The notes beneath the pieces are model-generated. The model did not search any database. It worked only from the letters and a program-made list of their open reading frames with translations, and had not been told where the DNA came from. 64,000 bases of DNA from an uncultured delta proteobacterium (GTDB lineage Bacteria; Desulfobacterota; Desulfuromonadia; Desulfuromonadales; JACZKF01): positions 544,001 through 608,000 of the forward strand of contig CAWFKQ010000016.1 in NCBI GenBank assembly GCA_963816395.1, given 5' to 3'. Positions within the stretch are counted from its first letter, which is position 1, and each line of letters starts with the position of its first letter. The position numbers and the translations under genes are program-made. Below, piece by piece: positions 59,812-64,000 of this stretch.

Positions 59812-60681
59812 TCACACGTGACCTTCGTCAATGGCTTTGCGCAGGGTGCGTTTTGTCAGTACCCCGACCAGATTGCGCCGATATTCTGCCGATCCTCTGA
59901 GATCCGAGATGGGCTTGCTCTCAGCGGCGGCGGAGGTGGCAGCCTGCTCCAGCAGTTCATCGGAGAAGGCCTTGCCTCTGAGCATCTCTTCCGTCTTTTT
60001 CGCCCGCATCGGCACGGGTGCCACAGCGCCCAGGGCGAGTCGGGCATCCTTGATCGTACCGCCCTGAACGGTGACGGCCGCCGCCACGCTGACCACCGCC
60101 AGGGAGCCGGATTTGCGCAGGCCGAACTTCATATAGGTGCTGCCCGTGGTCGGCTGGTCGGGAATGATCACCTCCGTCAGAATTTCATCCGGCGCGATAG
60201 ACGTTTTGCCCGGTCCGGTAATGAACTCTTCCAGGGGCACAACCCGCTCTCCGGCACTTCCCACCAGCTTCACCTGCGCCCCGAGGGCAACCAGCAGCGG
60301 GGGGAGGTCGGCCAGGGGGGAGGCATTGGCGATGTTGCCGCCGATCGTGCCGATATTGCAGATCTGATTGTTGGCCATGGTGTGGGCGGCCATGGGAAGG
60401 GAGAGATAGCGCTCCTGCAGGAGCGCAGAGTTGTAGATGCCGTTGTGAGTCACCAGGGCACCAATAACCACTCCCCGCCCCGCCTCATGGCGGATCCCCC
60501 GCAGTTCCTCCAGGTTTTTCAGCGACACCAGATGATCGGGGACCAAACTACCGATCTTCATCTTGTGAAGAACGTCCGACCCTCCGGCCAAAACCGTGGC
60601 CTTTCCTCCCAGTTCGGCAAGAAGCGCGCAGGCTTCAGCCAAAGTCCCTGGGGCGTGGTACTCGAAATCCGGCATGTACAT
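59812..60681 (-). CDS. hcrB: 4-hydroxybenzoyl-CoA reductase beta (FAD) subunit, without the [4Fe-4S] loop
   Basis: AGGSD, TIGGNIANASP.AD, SDLRGSAEYR. Confidence 0.8.
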   Translation of the reverse strand: MYMPDFEYHAPGTLAEACALLAELGGKATVLAGGSDVLHKMKIGSLVPDHLVSLKNLEELRGIRHEAGRGVVIGALVTHNGIYNSALLQERYLSLPMAAHTMANNQICNIGTIGGNIANASPLADLPPLLVALGAQVKLVGSAGERVVPLEEFITGPGKTSIAPDEILTEVIIPDQPTTGSTYMKFGLRKSGSLAVVSVAAAVTVQGGTIKDARLALGAVAPVPMRAKKTEEMLRGKAFSDELLEQAATSAAAESKPISDLRGSAEYRRNLVGVLTKRTLRKAIDEGHV

Positions 60682-60766
60682 GGTTTTTCTCCCTCGAAAA
60701 TTGTTGGGAAACGTCCTTTTCAGGCCCGGTAGATATCTAGCATGCAAGGCAAATTAATAGCAAAAT

Positions 60767-61180
60767 TCAGCCCTTGAACTCGCGCAGGAAACGTTTGAAA
60801 AGCACTTTCTCCTCCAGGGAGAATCCCGTCAGCAGATCGTTGTTTGTTTGCTCGATGGCGCTTGCCAGGGCCGCCGTGGCCTCTCTTGCCCTGTCCGTCA
60901 GATAGACCCTGGCCACCCGGCCATCGTCCGCATCGGTCTGGCGACGAACCCACCCGGCGGTGACCATGCGCTCCAGGACACCGGCCAGCGTAGCGGTATC
61001 CAGAACGAGCCGGCGGCCGATCTCGCCGATGGAGAGCCCTTCCTCTTCCCAGAGGGATTCGATGAGAAGGCACTGGACGGGAGTCAGGCCAAAAGCCTTG
61101 AGCTGCCCCTTCAAAAATCCCTGGGCCTGCTGATGCGCCTTGGCGATCAAAAAAACAACGTTGTCTCGAAAATTTATCAT
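60767..61180 (-). CDS. MarR-family regulator
   Basis: GLTPVQ, wHTH, DGR...VYLT. Confidence 0.92.
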   Translation of the reverse strand: MINFRDNVVFLIAKAHQQAQGFLKGQLKAFGLTPVQCLLIESLWEEEGLSIGEIGRRLVLDTATLAGVLERMVTAGWVRRQTDADDGRVARVYLTDRAREATAALASAIEQTNNDLLTGFSLEEKVLFKRFLREFKG

Positions 61181-61202
61181 GTGTTATATTTACCTCGTAT
61201 AC

Positions 61203-61231
61203 AATCTATTATAATGGGATGATCCCGTCAA
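61203..61231 (-). promoter_or_regulatory. Putative promoter for marR-hcr
   Basis: Minus strand TTGACG-17-TAGATT; small palindrome GGGATGATCCC in the spacer. Confidence 0.5.
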
Positions 61232-61283
61232 GCATAAATTTGCTTTCCCAAAACGCCGCTGCGGAGCCGAAAGGTCATCATGG

Positions 61284-63606
61284 ATGCCAGCGCAAAGAGT
61301 TGAACAGTTGTTGCCCCGCCTGTTCGACATCCCCCAGTACCCGACGCAGGGAGCGGTTCTTTTCGTCGACCTGGAGAAGCGGGAGTACTTTTCAAAATAT
61401 CTTCCGGCAGAGGTCGTCCGCTCCTTCCTCACCGGCCGCGGCGGGAACATGTATCTCCTCTACAACCTCATGACGGATGGCAGGGAGGCTCTGGATCCGC
61501 AAATCCCCCTGATCTTCGGCAGCGGCGCCCTCACCGGAAGTGTGCCCACGGCCACCCGGGGCAATGTCAGCAGCATTTCTCCCGAGAGCGACGCCATCCT
61601 CGACAGCAACTGCGGCGATGCCTTTCCCACCTTCCTCAAATATCATGGCTACGATCACCTCGTCCTCTACGGGCAAGCTCGCGAGTGGACTCTCCTGCAG
61701 ATCTCCGGCCGGGAGGTTGTCTTTCGCGAGGCCAGCGCCTACCTGGGTCTGGACAACAGTGACTTTACCCAGGCCGTCGAAAAGGATTTTTCCTGCACCG
61801 AGCGCAAAGACATGGCCATGGCCCGCATCACCAGCGCCGGGGAAAACCTGGTCCTGTGCGCCGGTATCATGGGCGGCCCCAAGGCCATTTATGCCCGGGG
61901 CGGCGCCGGCGCCAAGATGGGTTCCCTGCGGCTTAAGGCGATTATGGTCCTGGGACGCGTCGAGCCGCCCGGCCTCTCCGCCGGTTTCAAGGAAACGAAC
62001 AAGGAGATCGCCCGCAAGATCCTCTCGACCAGCGTCATCAGGAATGCCCTGAAAACCGTCGGCACCCCCTTTCTCTACAAGCCCAGCCGCGTTCTCGGCG
62101 CCATGGGCGCCAGAAACAACCAGGAGACCAGTTGGTACGACTCGCTCGATGCCGACAATTTCGATGTCTACCGCCCCGGGATGGATGGCTGCTACCGTTG
62201 TCCGGTGCGCTGCCGTCCTCTCAACGATTTGACCCCGGAAGGGAAGGGGGGGTGGGGCGCCGACGCTCTCCGCGGGCTGACCGGCAATGCCAGTTACGAC
62301 CAATCCCAGGCGACAGTCGAGCACCACCGGGAGAAGACCTACCGGGGAATCCGGGGGGACGGCAAGTACGACCGGTATGATAAGGGGGACGGCCCCGAGT
62401 ACGTCACCCTGCAGAAGATGGGTCCCATGATCGGCATCAGGGAACCGGAACAGGTTTTGCGCCTGAATAATATCCTCAATGAGCTCGGTCTCGATTCGGC
62501 GAGTACCGGCAGCGCCGTCTCCTGGGCCATGGAGCTTTATCAGCGCGGCATCATCAGCCGGCAGGATACCGGGGGGCTCGAGCTTACCTGGGGCAACTAT
62601 GAGGTTATCGAAAAGCTCCTTTTCATGACGGCCAGGCGGGAAGGCTTCGGAGACGTCATCGCCGATTCCAGCCGGGCCGTCGAGCGGGGCAGGTACCCGC
62701 AGGAGGCTCTCCGCTACCGGATGGCGGTCAAGGGGCTGTTCCAGTCCGATCCCCACGATGCGCGGATTCTCAAGGGGTTCGCTCTCGGCCTGGCGGTCGC
62801 CACCCGGGGTATGGATCATTTGCGAAACCGTCCCACTCTGGAGATCAATGCCAAAATCAACGACAACCCGGAGCTCAAGGAAGAACTCTACGGCGGCCAT
62901 GTCGCAGCCGAGCCGAACAGCTATGAGGGCAAAGAGCACGCGGTGCGTCAATGTGAAAATATCTATGCCGTCGGCGACGCGCTCGGCATGTGCCGCTTTG
63001 CCACCAAGCTGTTCAACTCACCTTCCACCACCGACTACCAGGATTTCGCCCGGCAGCTGCAGGAGCTGACCGGAGAAGTATTCACCCCCGGGCAACTCGC
63101 TGAGATCGGTCGCAACATTTCAGGGATAGAGCGGCTCATCAATGCCCGGCTGGGACTGAGCGAAAAGGACGACACCCTTCCGGAGCGCTGGTTCGACGAG
63201 CCGGTAACGGCCGGTCCTTTCGCCGGTGAGAAGATCGACCGGCGCCGCTTCGCCGAACTCAAGGCCCGCTTCTATGCCATCAGCGGTCTGAATGCCGGCG
63301 GCGTGCCGAATCTGCAGTGGCACCAGCGCCTCGCCGAGGTGATCACCGGCTTCGCCATCCGGGTCAAACTGCCGCACGGCATAGCCGGGGCGCCGGAGGG
63401 AGCGGTGATCATCGACCAGCCGGTGGCCAACGTCGCCGAACTGCGCGCTGCTCTCAATCGGAGGCTGCCGCAGGCGGCCGAAGCAGCTGGAGGACGAGTC
63501 GATTAACATTGCGGTCAATGGCAGGATGATCCTGGCGAACGAAAATGCGGTCCCCCTGCGCAGCGGCGACGAGGTCACCATGCTTGCTATCCTCGCCGGC
63601 GGCTAA
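61284..63606 (+). CDS. Tungsten aldehyde:ferredoxin oxidoreductase-family protein with C-terminal MoaD/ThiS domain; frameshift ~63480
   Basis: GRGG, DSNCG, AGENLV, GAKMGS.RLKAI, GCYRCPVRC, GPEY, DTLP; alternative frame continues NIAVNG...LRSGDEV..L..LAGG-TAA. Confidence 0.82.
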
Positions 63607-63618
63607 ACATCCTTCCCG

Positions 63619-63648
63619 ATGGCCCCGGGGGAAATCCGGGGCCATTTT
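63619..63648 (+). terminator. Intrinsic terminator between convergent genes
   Basis: ATGGCCCCGG-GGGAAAT-CCGGGGCCAT-TTT. Confidence 0.7.
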
Positions 63649-63671
63649 CACCATAATTTTCAACGACTAGG

Positions 63672-64000
63672 CTAGAATGGAAAATTTCTCCTGTCGAGTT
63701 GCACCGTAATCCATTTCACTTCCGTCATTTCTTCCATCGAATAATGCCCGCCTTCCCGGCCGACGCCGCTATCCTTGATCCCCCCGAACGGGACATGGGG
63801 CTCGTCGAAAATGCTGCTGTCGTTTATATGCACCATTCCCGACTCAAGCCTCAAGGAGAGATCAAATGCCTTCTGCAGGTCATTGGTGATCAGCCCCGCC
63901 GAGAGGCCGAAGTCGGAGTCGTTTGCCACAGAAAGGGCCTCCTCGCTGTCAGCGACCTTGATAACGCAAACCACGGGACCAAAACTTTCTTCGTTGAAGA
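63672..64000 (-). CDS. NAD(P)-dependent aldehyde dehydrogenase, 3' part (aromatic-aldehyde type, possibly 4-hydroxybenzaldehyde)
   Basis: EESFGPV, ANDSDFGLSA, GMVHIND, PFGG.K.SG.GREGG. Confidence 0.88.
   Translation of the reverse strand, partial: FNEESFGPVVCVIKVADSEEALSVANDSDFGLSAGLITNDLQKAFDLSLRLESGMVHINDSSIFDEPHVPFGGIKDSGVGREGGHYSMEEMTEVKWITVQLDRRNFPF

Noticed and set aside
1..64000. Selenocysteine read-through, tRNA/rRNA genes, transposases
   Set aside because: ORF breaks are frame changes rather than in-frame TGA at Cys positions; no RNA-gene or transposase signatures seen by eye

Overview
A 64-kb, GC-rich anaerobic aromatic-compound catabolism region. Gene content and short intergenic repeats suggest a Geobacter/Desulfuromonadales-like deltaproteobacterium (inference). 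Left to right: (1) the end of a class II (tungsten) benzoyl-CoA reductase electron-transfer module (bamH, bamI), a tandem-GNAT gene and an IclR regulator; (2) two tandem, divergent BamB paralogs plus bamC, where the first copy has Asn in place of the W-ligating Cys; (3) fdhD and an orphan cytoplasmic Mo/W-bisPGD enzyme; (4) two convergent operons (TRAP and ABC uptake), each containing its own butyrate-kinase/phosphotransacylase pair with altered pocket motifs, plus a 4HBT thioesterase and a three-subunit xanthine-dehydrogenase-family enzyme; (5) bamQ-bamR; (6) an 18-kb same-strand run resembling an arylpyruvate/aryllactate to cinnamoyl-CoA to benzoyl-CoA route (TRAP membrane subunits, HgdC/HgdB-like radical dehydratase, ADP-forming ligase, beta-oxidation trio, PaaK, IorAB, duplicated ACT+PanE-like genes, CoA transferase); (7) a 4-hydroxybenzoyl-CoA reductase cluster with xdhC/yqeB/yqeC/mocA and MarR, an AOR-MoaD fusion and a partial aldehyde dehydrogenase. 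About a dozen single-base frameshifts look like sequencing or assembly indels. I saw no rRNA, tRNA, CRISPR array or transposase. All family calls come from motif recognition without database searches.
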